A stretch of DNA of 59,268 nt, filler included, from Sphacelaria rigidula (Eukaryota): NCBI GenBank assembly GCA_964200075.2. It is 4 parts of 4 records of this genome, joined end to end, with 100 filler letters (N's around TTAATTAATTAA, not from the genome) between each part and the next. Parts side by side here need not be neighbours in the genome. Positions count along the whole stretch, not along the records: positions 29,687 to 44,428 come from CAXNAA020002070.1; positions 44,529 to 59,268 come from CAXNAA020002071.1; 2 more parts are not named here. The stretch is one strand, 5' to 3'. The notes under the pieces were generated by a model. The model made no database searches, was not told where the DNA came from, and saw nothing but the letters and a program-made list of their open reading frames with translations. Every line of letters begins with the position of its first letter. Within the stretch, counting starts at the first letter, position 1. A program made the translations under genes and the position numbers. Below, piece by piece: positions 33,536 to 45,095 of this stretch.

Positions 33536-35529
33536 GGATCTCTACTGTCAACGGCAGCTGACCGCATCCGCCAACGCTTCGGCAATGAACACAGGGGGCA
33601 CACGGCTGGGTGTCCCACCCCCCCCCCGCTCAAAAACTCAATTTTTCGATCTTGGGGCCTACGTGCCCTGGAAAGAAAAAATCGCTGCCCCCTTGTTCAC
33701 CCCAAAATCAACTAATACAGCAGTTTACGGCAAATGCGCAAGGTTTACTGTTTAAAAATGGCATCTATGCAAAGACGGCGCCTAGAAACTTCAAGGAAAG
33801 TCTGCAGCTGACGAGCGCTCATCAAAAGCGATCTCAGCCGAGGCAATGTGTTTGTCAGCGGTGATGTATTCAAGGACGACGGTAATGCGACTGACACTAC
33901 AGCGCTCAGCGACAGCGATCGTAACCAAGGCAATGCATTCATTTTCAGTCCCTTTTCCAGTTACATTGGTGCTGATTCCACACCTTTGGCTGCCGGAGGT
34001 GTTCAAATATCGAATTGGCATCATTTTTACTTGAACAATGCATCATAATGATGCCGACGCAACACATAGGAGGGTCTCCTCGAAAATGAATTCACATCGC
34101 GGTAAGGTTGAGCCTGCTTTTGGAAATTTCCTTTTTTCGTCTAAACATTTGTGGTTAGGAAAACACCTTCGAGACGTTCACTTGTGTTGAAAGTTGAGAA
34201 GGTGTGGCCGGGTGCACTCAGTTCATTCGGTGTACGTGTGTGTCGATGACGATGACACCGGAGGGCGGAGAAGACGCCGGGCGGAGAGGACGTTCCTCGT
34301 TCATGTCCCTTGTGTGTCATCGTTCGGCGATTCCCAATCGCTCGAAACATGGGCATCAGGTTACCGCACACACCGTTTACCAGCCCTTCCGTCGGTACAA
34401 GGGAGGCAGGCCGGTAATTGTACAGCCCGAAAAAAGAGATGCCGGTTGGCCTGCCGCATGTTCGCCGATATGCGTGTATCTTGTCTGTCGCGCTAACCAG
34501 TCCAGAGGTCGATTCCTTTCTGCCTTTCTTTTTGGACAAGATGTGCCACTTTGCGCCGCAGAAGACGCCGTCGAAAAACAGGGCGATGCTCTCGTCACCG
34601 TTACCGTTCTCTCTCACACATGTGCGAGCAAGGACGGTTGCGCCATATGCAATCGGCGGTCAGCAGTGCTGTCGGAAGCATGATGTACGGCTTGCTGCAA
34701 CGACAGACAGTACGGTAGTACAGATTAGGATTAGAGCCATGAATGGAATTCACGACCGACCATGGAATCTTCTTTGGCGTGCCTAGGGAAACAACACATC
34801 TCTGGCGGCGGCTTAGCTGCTGCTGGCTTGGCCTACATAGCGACTGGTATGCTGTAAATTGTGAGCTGCGGTGCGCTTTTTCTGATGTACAGCCCATGCG
34901 CACTGGGGCGAGGGTTCATATCTTCATTGTGTTTTATCGTCGTTCTCTCTGCCGAGGCCACCACAAGTTTTCGCCTGACGCGCGATGTGGTTCCACCACG
35001 AAGAAGGGATTCTCGCAACATATGCCCTACTTGGCGTTCCATTTGTAGCCCGTGCCGTCGAGCGCTGACCAAAAACGTCTTGTTCTAATTTCACAAAATG
35101 AATTTGGTTTTTGTTCACAACGTGAATTCGATTTCTGCTGCGGGTGAAAATTCGACTAACCGTTTTTTTGCGACTCCGTTCTTTCGACAGGATTTTTGCG
35201 ACTTGATTTCTGCGACTCAATTCTTGCGACATTTGTTTTTCTTGATTTTCCCCTGCAAGACCTCTATTGATTTCGGCTCTTTGGGGATAACTTTGCCAAG
35301 CAGGAACCAAACGCATCTTGCTCCAAGGGGCACCTGTGCACACAGCAGTTGCTGCCGCCTACCTGAGATCATTCTCCAAATCAAAGTCTTTAGTTGGAAC
35401 CCCCTGCGTTTGGTGCTCATGTAGAAGGAAGGGTGATCTTCATCTATCTAGTATTATGCTCCAAACGTACCTTACAAGGGGGCAACATCCCCGTACACAC
35501 AGTAGCAATTCTAGCGGAGCCGACGTCCT

Positions 35530-36050
35530 GACAGTCTGGCAGCCAGCAAGGTGGTTGTGATCGTGTCCTTCTAGCGATATCAACTTACAGTGCACTGGAG
35601 CAGAGTTTGCAGGTGAGTATTTCGGCGATTGCCTCACCTGCAGTTCGTCCAAATGTTGCGGACTTTATTCACGATATCACTGAGTGACATTACTGTACGT
35701 ACATTTACATGTGGAAATGTACCAGACCCTCCGTCACAATATAAGTGGAGGTGTACCAGACCCTGCATAACATATGGAAATGTACCCAACCGCGGGCAAA
35801 AATTAAAGATTTCTACAGTCAGTACGAACACGATATTAAAAGTGTACTGCGCAAAGGTTGTGTGTTGTCGTCGCATCTATTCTGGACGCCGGTCTCCACC
35901 TTTTGGTATATGTGGGCGCACCAGCCGCGGCTGTGTTACCATACAGCTTCGCCCAAGATACAGGCAGCCATTACAGCGGCCGAGGCGATTCTCCACTCCT
36001 GCGTGCGCCATCTGGGACAAACGCACGCTCTAGCTGCAACACGGACAACT
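35530..36050 (+). repeat. Dispersed repeat, diverged copy of 48085-48570
   Basis: Shared blocks such as tatttcggcgattgcctcac / tatttcggtgattggctcac and ggctgtgttaccat...caagataca...attacagcggc...tgcgtgcgcca...tagctgcaac. Confidence 0.7.
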
Positions 36051-39000
36051 TTACAAAAATATGACGTAGCGATATAGGGCGTAACGAGGCGTGATATCCT
36101 GCGTACACGTTGACCGCGATACAAGCGGCTGCATTCATGATGTGGCGAACTGCATAGGACAACGCGGAATCAGTGCAGGAAAGGGATGGGCTAAGGATGT
36201 CACGTACTGCGGTGTGATTTGTCGCCCTGCGCCCTGCCGCTGTGCAGTGAGCAGGTAGTACCGCCGAACGCGTCACGCAACGACTGGTACGCAGTGTCGG
36301 CTCCACACCCATAGGGTAACCTCTGCATTGAGTTAAATGAAGCGTATTGAATCAAATTATTCGAGCAGCACGCGCGCTAGCGCGAGCGCGATTTTCCGTG
36401 TCGCCGACATCGTGCCAGCGCACTTGTGTGCCACAGCGTTATACCCCTCTGTGGCAGCCCGTCGCGGTACTGGTCCTCATGTTTCATCACGCTTTACTCG
36501 AAAACACGCAGAAGAGTTGCTAGCGAGTCCATCGTTGTTGCACTTGGAAACGTGGTGCACGAGTTTTTTTCGATCTAGTACTCCCGCAACCTACGTGCTG
36601 TACCAAATAGTATACCGTACCAGCTCAAAAACGGATATGCATGATATAAACGCCACCGACATGCTCTGGTTATCATGAACTGTGTACGAGGCGCGGGAAG
36701 CGTAGTTTTTGTCAAGGAATGCAAGGGCGCAACCATACTGCAGTACAGGCAGTTTTTCTTATTAGCATGAAAGACGTGATTCGAAGGAGACACAAGGCAA
36801 AGCATTTACATTATAATTCCTGGGCGTTTTGGTACTGCAACGACCCCACCAGTCCCTCCACTACCTACCGTAAAGAGATGGCTACCACGTGTAAATACAA
36901 GATTTGTTATGGGCAGACCTTCATTCTAGAGTGGAGGGGCCCGGCCGAGACCACTCCGATTTCACTGCCGAAATCCGAGACGGCAACGTCGCAAACACCG
37001 AAATAAATTGAAATTGAAAGCGCCCTGGACACAGGGCAATCTACTCGAGATAGCTTGGGTTGGGTATCAAGGAGCGCAGCTGAGAGCAGGCATACCCATA
37101 CTAGCGTGTCGTTTTGTATTTATTGTAGCAAGTTCAACACAACGAGCATGGAAAGGATGTGGGGAATATCACGCGTACGAAGAAGACACGGGTCCATTTA
37201 CCACACACAACCACGACGGGACAAGTATCGTGACAAACATATGTGATGCTTAGATGACCATGTTGTCGCGCGCTTCAACACGTTGCCACACCCAGAGCAG
37301 GAGCTCAGTTGGCTTTTTCCTTTTCGCGCCTGCTCTTGCTACCCTCTCTAAAACCCATACAGTTCATTGTGACTGACTGTAGGCAGACTAAGTGTTCCTG
37401 TGTTTGGGAACAAATCTGAAGAATATATGAGTAAATTCTGAAATTATTACAATTTCATAGCCTTTAACCGGGATTTAAAAGGTGAGAGCAGGCGTTGGCC
37501 TCGGCTTCCCTCCGGCGCCAAAAAACGATGCCAGGGTTTTTGCGAGCCCGTGGAGAAGTCGTGAGGACAGGTAATTTTCCATGAATCAAACTCACCATTT
37601 TCACCTCTGTAAAACGTTCCCGGCAACGAAATTTCTATCCCGAAACAGGAACGGGTGCACTTCATTTCTCGTTAATACTACCCCCCCCCCCATACACACA
37701 CACTACCTCTGCCTCTGCCTCCCTCTTTGCCTTGTTCTGCCTGTCTCTCTCGTGATACATTACTGTACATCACTGTTCATACACCGATCACAAAGAGGAC
37801 GTGAGGAGAGTGTATCCGCATATGTGGCGCAACTGTATCACTTGTAGTGTACTTGGTCGATGAGTTCTTGCGTGATTCGTTGCATTGAATGGCCGGCGCA
37901 GGTAGCAGCGAGCATAAAGGAGCAAGTACTCCGCATGCCCCAGGGCACGACTGGCCACAGTCATACCAAGGGTGGCGTGGCCGGGAGGGGTGGTCACAGA
38001 ACTCGCCAGGGAAGCTACACGGGGGGGCAAACGGGGCGCTCAAAAATGGTGAGTTCAGGCTTTTTAGGATGTGAGGATGGAGGATGAAAGCCTCGTTGCG
38101 TATAACCGCACCCCATATACTTTTGCGGCGACGAAGTCAGGCGTCCATCCCGTTTGCTTTGTTGTGAATCAAGGATGACAACGAACGAACAAGAGTACGA
38201 AGGTAAACTTACGCATGTAGAGTAGGCGATGTTTTTTTAAGTATGGTAGTGTCCAGTCTTGAAAGTATACCTTACATAAGTCAACATATGGCTTTTAGAC
38301 ACATACTCCGACACTTGAGCACAACGATATCCAAAACGGTGCACCCGCAAGAAATGTACGCCGTCGCTCAATACAGGTCCCATACTCTGTGCGTGTATAC
38401 TCGATATAGTACGCCCACCTGCTGTGTATGCATGAATGGATTCTCACAGAAAAAGAGAGATCCCCCGCTTGCTCCGTCGCAGTCGAGAATGCGTGTGAAT
38501 ATTGCATTCATATTCGCTGGTGTATACAAATATTTGAACAGGATATTTGACAAAATAAGCCCGGCGGAGATCATCGCACCCCTCTCAGTGCACGTTTGGC
38601 GAGACAGGGACACAACACCGCCGCAGTCACAAGTACCAAACGTGCACTTAACAAAGGAGATAGGGTCACGGCGACTCATCAGCTATATCACATCGCGGCT
38701 GTTCCTTCCCTTTGTTTTTCACGATTAACGTTGTTTGAGCTAGCTTTCCAAGCACGATAGAAAGTCTTGTTCATCATGGATGTTCATCCCTCAGTGCATC
38801 CATGCCTACTTCCAGCAACGGGCGGTCGATAGCTATGTACTCGCCTCTGCGTCCCGGTGGTCAGTCGAACTGGTATATCATCACTTTGCCGACATCGGCG
38901 CTAAAGTTTGGGTATATTTGGTGGGATCGAATCTCGGAGGTAGAGGAGTTTGAATCTTCTGGTTTTCCTCGATCGAAAAGGTCTGAGAACAAGTGTTGGA

Positions 39001-39377
39001 AAAAATAGAACGTTTTGATCGAAGAAAGTCGACTGGCTACGTGAGTGATGATCCGATGCTCGATATTCAAGTGCAAGGCAAGTATCGGGCGAGAGATTCT
39101 GGAATTGATCAAGACAGCGGACTCGTTCCGAGCAAAGGGGCGGGGAATAGCGATTAATCCCCCCCCCCCCCCCCCCCCCCCCCCCACACCCCGGCCCCCT
39201 CCAACCGACACGCGGGGGCACAACCAAAACGCACGGGCCAGTCACGACTGAGAGTCNNNNNNNNNNAGGATCGGGGGGGAGGTTCTGGAATTGATCAAGA
39301 CAGCGGGCTCGTTCCGGGCAAAGGGGGGGGGAATAGCGATTAATCCCCCCCCCCCCCCCCTTCCCCTAAACGACTGG

Positions 39378-39454
39378 TCCGTCTCAAAAGTGATGCGTGG
39401 TCAATAGTCAAACGACTAGGGCAAGCGACATATGAGTATCCCCTCCCCCCCTCC
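39378..39454 (+). mobile_element. Very short 3'-end copy of the LINE at 14844-15795
   Basis: tccgtctc...gatgcgtggtcaatagtcaaacgactagggcaagcgacatatgagtat followed by a C-rich tail matches the reverse complement of 14844-14923. Confidence 0.8.
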
Positions 39455-40035
39455 AATTGACTGAAACTAGAGCATCACTTGTGATGCCTCATGTCTGAGT
39501 TGGGTTGAGTGAGGTGAGCTGTAGGTGTAGTACTTCAGACAACTGTGTGCGGAGTGTGAACATGACGTCTTCCTCAACTATTTCTTGCAATTTACCGGAA
39601 CGCTATATTTCGTTGAATCATATATATGCACTTTGCCAAGGGCATATGTTACAACAACAGCGTGCCGAAGGAGGGGTGGAGTTAGACCGCGCTCTTATCA
39701 TTCACTCGCTGGTAGAGAAAAGAAGAGCGGCCTCGCAGCCGATTTCTCTACGCCGACTTGGCACTTCCCGCAGTGCGTGCCGTGCCCCTAGATAGATTAA
39801 AAAATCTGCGTTCCGTTGTCGTCTTTCCTTATTATTGTGTTAGTCGCATCTCTTTGTATCTTTCTTTTCTCTTTTCTATACTCGAGTGTCCTTCCTTTCA
39901 GCGACCATTTGTGTTTCCATTGATCGGACCTGGGGAGCGTCTGCCTATGTTGTGACTCCAGCTAGATTCGTAGCGTACAGATTTTTTCAAAATGCGAGAC
40001 AATCGACCACTTAATCAATCCATATATGTGCCCAG

Positions 40036-40215
40036 GGCACCTTACCGCCGGAGAGACCAGGCGGAGGAGCTGCAGAGGCGGGTGGTCAAGATTCTGTTGT
40101 ACCCGTGGGAGGGGGCGTTAGCTTTTCAAGACGAGGATCCGGAGCCTAAGGTGACCTATCATAAATACGCACACAAGGCTGCGGCGGTGCGAGGATATGT
40201 GGCGTACGTGGTGCC
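40036..40215 (+). CDS. Putative orphan exon, unknown product
   Basis: cccag|G APYRRRDQAEELQRRVVKILLYPWEGALAFQDEDPEPKVTYHKYAHKAAAVRGYVAYVV CC|gtaagt. GC-rich, one open frame, consensus donor. Confidence 0.35.
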
Positions 40216-42199
40216 GTAAGTGACTGTGTATACGACCTCCGGGAAAATGTTTCCGAATTCCGTAAGCTCGTCACTCGTACGTCATATTCAGGGTGGGGGA
40301 GGCTATCGACGCTACCTACCCTGTCATAGCATCATAGATACCACAATGGTGCGAAACCTGACTGAAAGTTCATCGCCCGGAAGTATTGCTCTGAGGGAGG
40401 TACACCATGTACCTTGAAATAAATACACTGTCAAACACGATGCACGAAGGGTGGTAGGTACAAATATCAGACAGTACCACCGACACTACCATCGTTACTG
40501 AGAGCTGACCACCGTCAGGCACCGCCTCCTTTGCCACACTCTAGATTGTCGTAATTCCTCGACGTTGTGTACTCTCAAAAGTCAAGTACCACAAAGCGCA
40601 GCATCGTTTTCGCGTTGTTGTACCGTTACCCGAGCCGCCTGTGTCGATGATGTCGTGCTCAGGACAGGAACGATGACGAGACTAAATCGAAGTAGTGAGA
40701 AGAGAGTCGATTGTAGGCCAAGTTGAGCCCGAGAGCTTCAACGTAACGAGTGGCTGTTTCGTTGTAGATTTCGTTGGGGAAGTTGCCGACCGAATGGTAC
40801 CACCACGGCGGCCAAGGTTTTGCCGATGTTGACTGCTACTGTACCGGGGAATGGCTAATATCTAGAAAAAAAATCCGGTCGGGAAGATAACATTTTTTCA
40901 ATGAATGTCGAGCTGATGGGAACATTCGGAAGCCCCCCAGGGTTTGCTCCCCGCGTAAACTTTCTCAGAGGTGCACGATATCGTCTTCGCTAGACGGCTT
41001 CAAAGACTCGTTTTTGTTTCTTAAGCGTCATGAATTCAATCTCTCATTGTGTTTTGTGAACAAAACAGCGTTTCCGTAAGTTTCCACTTGGTGATAGATA
41101 CAGTTGGAGTAAACATAACGCCGAGAAAAGAGACGGGTCCCCGCAACTTTTTTACATTGGTTATGGTTACTTCAGAGGCTCTACGAGCACGACGTTCAAG
41201 CCGAGGACCTCTCGTCGAAGGATACGAGTATGTATCTGCGTGTGTGTCGGGGTTTGGACCGATCTCGAACTGGCCAAAAGGCCTGCTTCCGAAACGAGTA
41301 AACGCTTCATGCAAATAATACAACAGCACAGATAGGACGAACAACACCGGGCAGCACAGGGAAGTCCACATCCATTTGAACATCCCGTACAATGTGGCGC
41401 GTACGAGCATCGTTTGACACATGCGGGTGAATCGCTCGACAGCGAAGATTTCGAATCACTGCCGCAGGGTCGTTCGTCGATGATAATGAGGTCACGAACG
41501 TTTCCGCGTTGGTAATGCATGTACTCACTGGAAAATGAAAATGTTCCAACGAAACGTTCAAGCGCTCCCGCCCAACCGTTTGCCACCTGGGCGCGCCAAA
41601 CGTTCTCTTGTTCTGCTTTCAAGCATGAGGCTACTTTTCACACGAAGTTCACAAGGCGACATCAGGGCTCATTACAAAGGAGATAGGGACAGGCTTGGAT
41701 GACGGACTACAGGCGGCGGCTCCGGTCGGAATCTATTTGAAGGGATAAAGACAGCATGTTGGAAGTGGACGGGAACCTCAAGACACGTGTACTTTGTGGC
41801 ATCAGTGATCCGTTACCTGCTGTGTGTATGTCGGGCTAAATTATGGGAAAAACTGAATGCATCAGGTGAAGCCTGCTGGCGTTGGTCGCCCAAGGCTGTC
41901 CCGAGTTCAAGTCCAACACTGCTCCCTGCCTTTCTATTTGCCTGTTTTTCTCGTTGAAGGTGGGGACTTAGCACCTACCCGTTGAAGGTGCTCCTTATAC
42001 GTGTGCATGCGTGTGTATGGAATCTGTGCTGCGGCAGGGGTAATCGCACTGTCAATAATCATCTATCTTGTGGTACTGCTATATCGTACCACTCCTTTTT
42101 AAGACAGAAAATAAATCCATAATCAAGTTGAATCGAATCGAATCATATAAAATCAAGTCAAATTGAACCAAATCATTTGATAAAAATGGTAGATAACTC

Positions 42200-44428
42200 A
42201 CACATTATTTATGACAAAAACACGATAAAGCTGAGAAAACTTCTGTCGCCAATACCTTCGTCGAAAGTGTGCATGCTGGAACTCCGATGCTAGGTTGAAA
42301 ATCTCATTTCTTGCTACCAGCTCTCTGACAAGATGGTGCCGCATATCAATGTGCTTGGAGTTGGAATTCGTGATGATATTCTGCACAAGCTGAAAAGCTC
42401 CCCTCATCATGCTTGGACACAGGGATGCACGACATCCCCACCTGCGGCAACATGAAACAGCAGACCTGTCTCAAAAACATCTCATTGGTGACGTCGCCAA
42501 TGACAACGTATCATCTCCTCAGTAGACGGCGGCACACATTTCTGTGTCCTCTTTAACAGAAACCCAAGACACGCATCCACCTCCATACACCACCAGCCCC
42601 CCTGGTACCGATCGTCTATATTATTATCTGCCTTACTCGCGTAGCCGGCATTGACAAACACCTGAAAGCTCAATCTCTGCATGCTATCTCCACCAAAAGT
42701 AATCTCCAGTGAACTCATTCGCTTCACATATCATAAAATATCAAGTGCAGCACGCCAATGAATACGTTTAGGTAAGGCACCGTACCTCGCTTCTGCACGC
42801 ACTGCGTTGGAAATATCTGGCCTTGTTTGAGTTGCAAGCATCAGCGATCCTATACCAATTCCCCAAGCGGGAGTTCCATAGCTCACTCTTCTAAATTAAA
42901 TTGTTCTGCTTCACACCAGCCGCGATGGGGATACTCTTTCCCCGCACAACCTCGTACTTCTCTGCTAATTCCTCCGTACACGTCTGCTACGCAATATATC
43001 AATGTTTTTTGCCAAATGCCTCTCTCGTGGTGACGTCCAGAATACCAACGCAAATCCCAAGGATCTCCCTTGGCCCAGTTGTGATGAGATGCCTGCCAAA
43101 CTCACCACATCTCTCGTTCTCGCCTACTGCAAATATGTCGTCTAGAAGTAGTACTATGTTGATAAGCACCCTACCACCCTCCATTGAACGAAACGCACAT
43201 GAACCTGCCAAGCACTGAATAAATCCTCAACCCCCCAAATTGTCAAGTGAAGAATGATTATCACCCTAGCTGCTCAAGGCAGAAGCGTGATAACACCCCA
43301 GGATCAAATATTCTCGTTTGTATGCTTGCTAGTTGATGCATTCGCGGGGGTGGCTGTTGTCCAGCAATATGCACGGCAGTGTTCAAAAGGCAATGAGACA
43401 AGGAAAGAAGAGTATAATGCGACGCGGAACTTACTTAGCAGTCTCGTTCCTGGGGGCTCGGGCACCGAAGAAGGAGACAGCTGAAGACGTATCAGGCGCT
43501 GGACGAAGTGGTTGATTTATCCTCGACTGTACCATTGGGATTCTCTAGAACGGAAAGGGCCGTGCAAGCATTCGCATCCGACCCGAAAGACATGTCTTCA
43601 CTCAAAGTCATAACTCAGAAATATTTGCAAGCTACGCTACTTCAAAACCAATACGTATGTATCTATCGCCCAACGCGTACATCTCCACGTTATACACATC
43701 AAATAGCGACCATTACGTACTTGTCTCAGAAACGACACGGTTGATGCTGGGCGCTCATTTAGTAGCCCGGTGATCTGTACCCAGAAACATCTTAGCAACT
43801 GCAATCCTCATCATATATCATAAGCCTCTCATGGGTGAAGCAGATGTAGACCATGATAAGGGACGAAAGCGCTACACCCACACCTTCTCCCGCCCCACAA
43901 GCAGACCAAACAATCTTAAACGTTGAAGCATGCGGATACATTAAGGTGCACCGGTACCCACCAAGACAGATGCAAAAGCACTACTATGACCAGTCCAGTG
44001 TATAAATCGTATCTTCATGGAAGATTCGAAAAAGAAAAACTGTAGACATTCCATCGGAATGAGGATTAATATCCCCATTATTGTTATCATGCCGAGGAGA
44101 AACTATAATTTGTAGAAATTTCGTGTATGTTCAGCTTCATCTTTGAAAATAATGTACAAGCACTCCGCCAAGGCATGTTCTCTACACAGCGCAGAGTTGA
44201 CACTGATGGTCGCACACCTGACTCATCAGTATAATCCGACAATGAATACCCGTCAGTAGGAAGACAATTCCCATCAGGAGATACATTGAAAGCAAAATCC
44301 GCATAATACCGAAAAACAACTTGTTGGAGGTGAGTCGTGTTTGGTACATGTTAGCGTAGGAATCATGTCAACAGAGGATTCTATAAAATGAGGTTCATCA
44401 ATGAAATGAGGTTCGAGCCCAAAACAGT
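42200..44428 (-). mobile_element. Highly degenerate Ty1/Copia pol relic (RT and RNase H clear at 42200-43250; upstream part uncertain)
   Basis: Minus strand reads IVLLLDDIFAVG (YVDD equivalent), QTRPDISNAVRA, FVNAGYASKAD (DADYA equivalent) and SKHIDMRHHLVRELV, in Copia order. Confidence 0.8.
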
Positions 44429-44528
44429 NNNNNNNNNNNNNNNNNNNNNNNNNNNNNNNNNNNNNNNNNNNNTTAATTAATTAANNNNNNNNNNNNNNNN
44501 NNNNNNNNNNNNNNNNNNNNNNNNNNNN
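44429..44528. other. Artificial contig spacer
   Basis: 44 N + TTAATTAATTAA + 44 N. Confidence 0.97.
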
Positions 44529-44888
44529 GCTCCGTCCCGGCTTTGTAGGGATGCGAGGTCAATGGTCTGATGACTATGGCATCCATGATCATGAGTATAC
44601 CGAAATAAATCGCCGTCTGTTCGAATCACATTCTAGGTTGCCAGGATAACCTCGAACATTCCTTGCAACTTTGTGTGCGAGCACAGGTCCTGTTGATATG
44701 ATGGACGTCTGAATTGCCGGAATAGCCTCAGAGTTAATCCCTCCGGCTTCGGTCTCCTTCGACAAAAATTACCGGGTCTCTGGTAGTAACACGGTAAGCA
44801 GAAGCGAACATGAAAACAACATCTTCGTACAACAGCACTTTGGTCCTCAAGCCACAGCCGTTCCGCTTCCATACATGTGACCTCATAC

Positions 44889-45095
44889 CTCCTCGACTGC
44901 GTCGCCTTCCACACCGAGCCCCACATCGCTCCTGCGTACACCGTGAGGAGAGCCCGGACCGCCCCATGCTCTCTCGAACGCAAGCCCCGCGAAAATTTTG
45001 GCGAGATCTAACCGCTCGCCCAGGGAAAGAGCTTCCCAGGCTCTCCGCAGGGTTATCTCCACAGGTCTATCTCCTAGCACGATTTGCGCTCCTGC
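44889..45095 (-). CDS. TraB-family exon 4 of those seen
   Basis: cag|AGAQIVLGDRPVEITLRRAWEALS...GDAVEE|gtatga. Confidence 0.88.

Noticed and set aside
33592..35406. hAT transposon bounded by CAGGGGG...CCCCCTG with a possible dimerisation-domain relic (VTIAVAERCS)
   Set aside because: Only a 7-bp terminal match, no 8-bp TSD, and the peptide similarity is too weak.
39091..39365. Tandem duplication of about 80 bp ending in poly-C
   Set aside because: The two copies flank a 10-N gap next to long C homopolymers, most likely an unmerged assembly overlap.
41036..41622. Overlapping minus-strand ORFs as an RT (DIRS/Ngaro-like) fragment
   Set aside because: Only a vague SFLGV similarity and no catalytic motif.
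29687..44428. Continuation of the Cys-repeat gene or the TraB gene in this segment
   Set aside because: No CPxGxYC exons or TraB C-terminal (ERD, GxGH) motifs were seen, and it is a separate contig.
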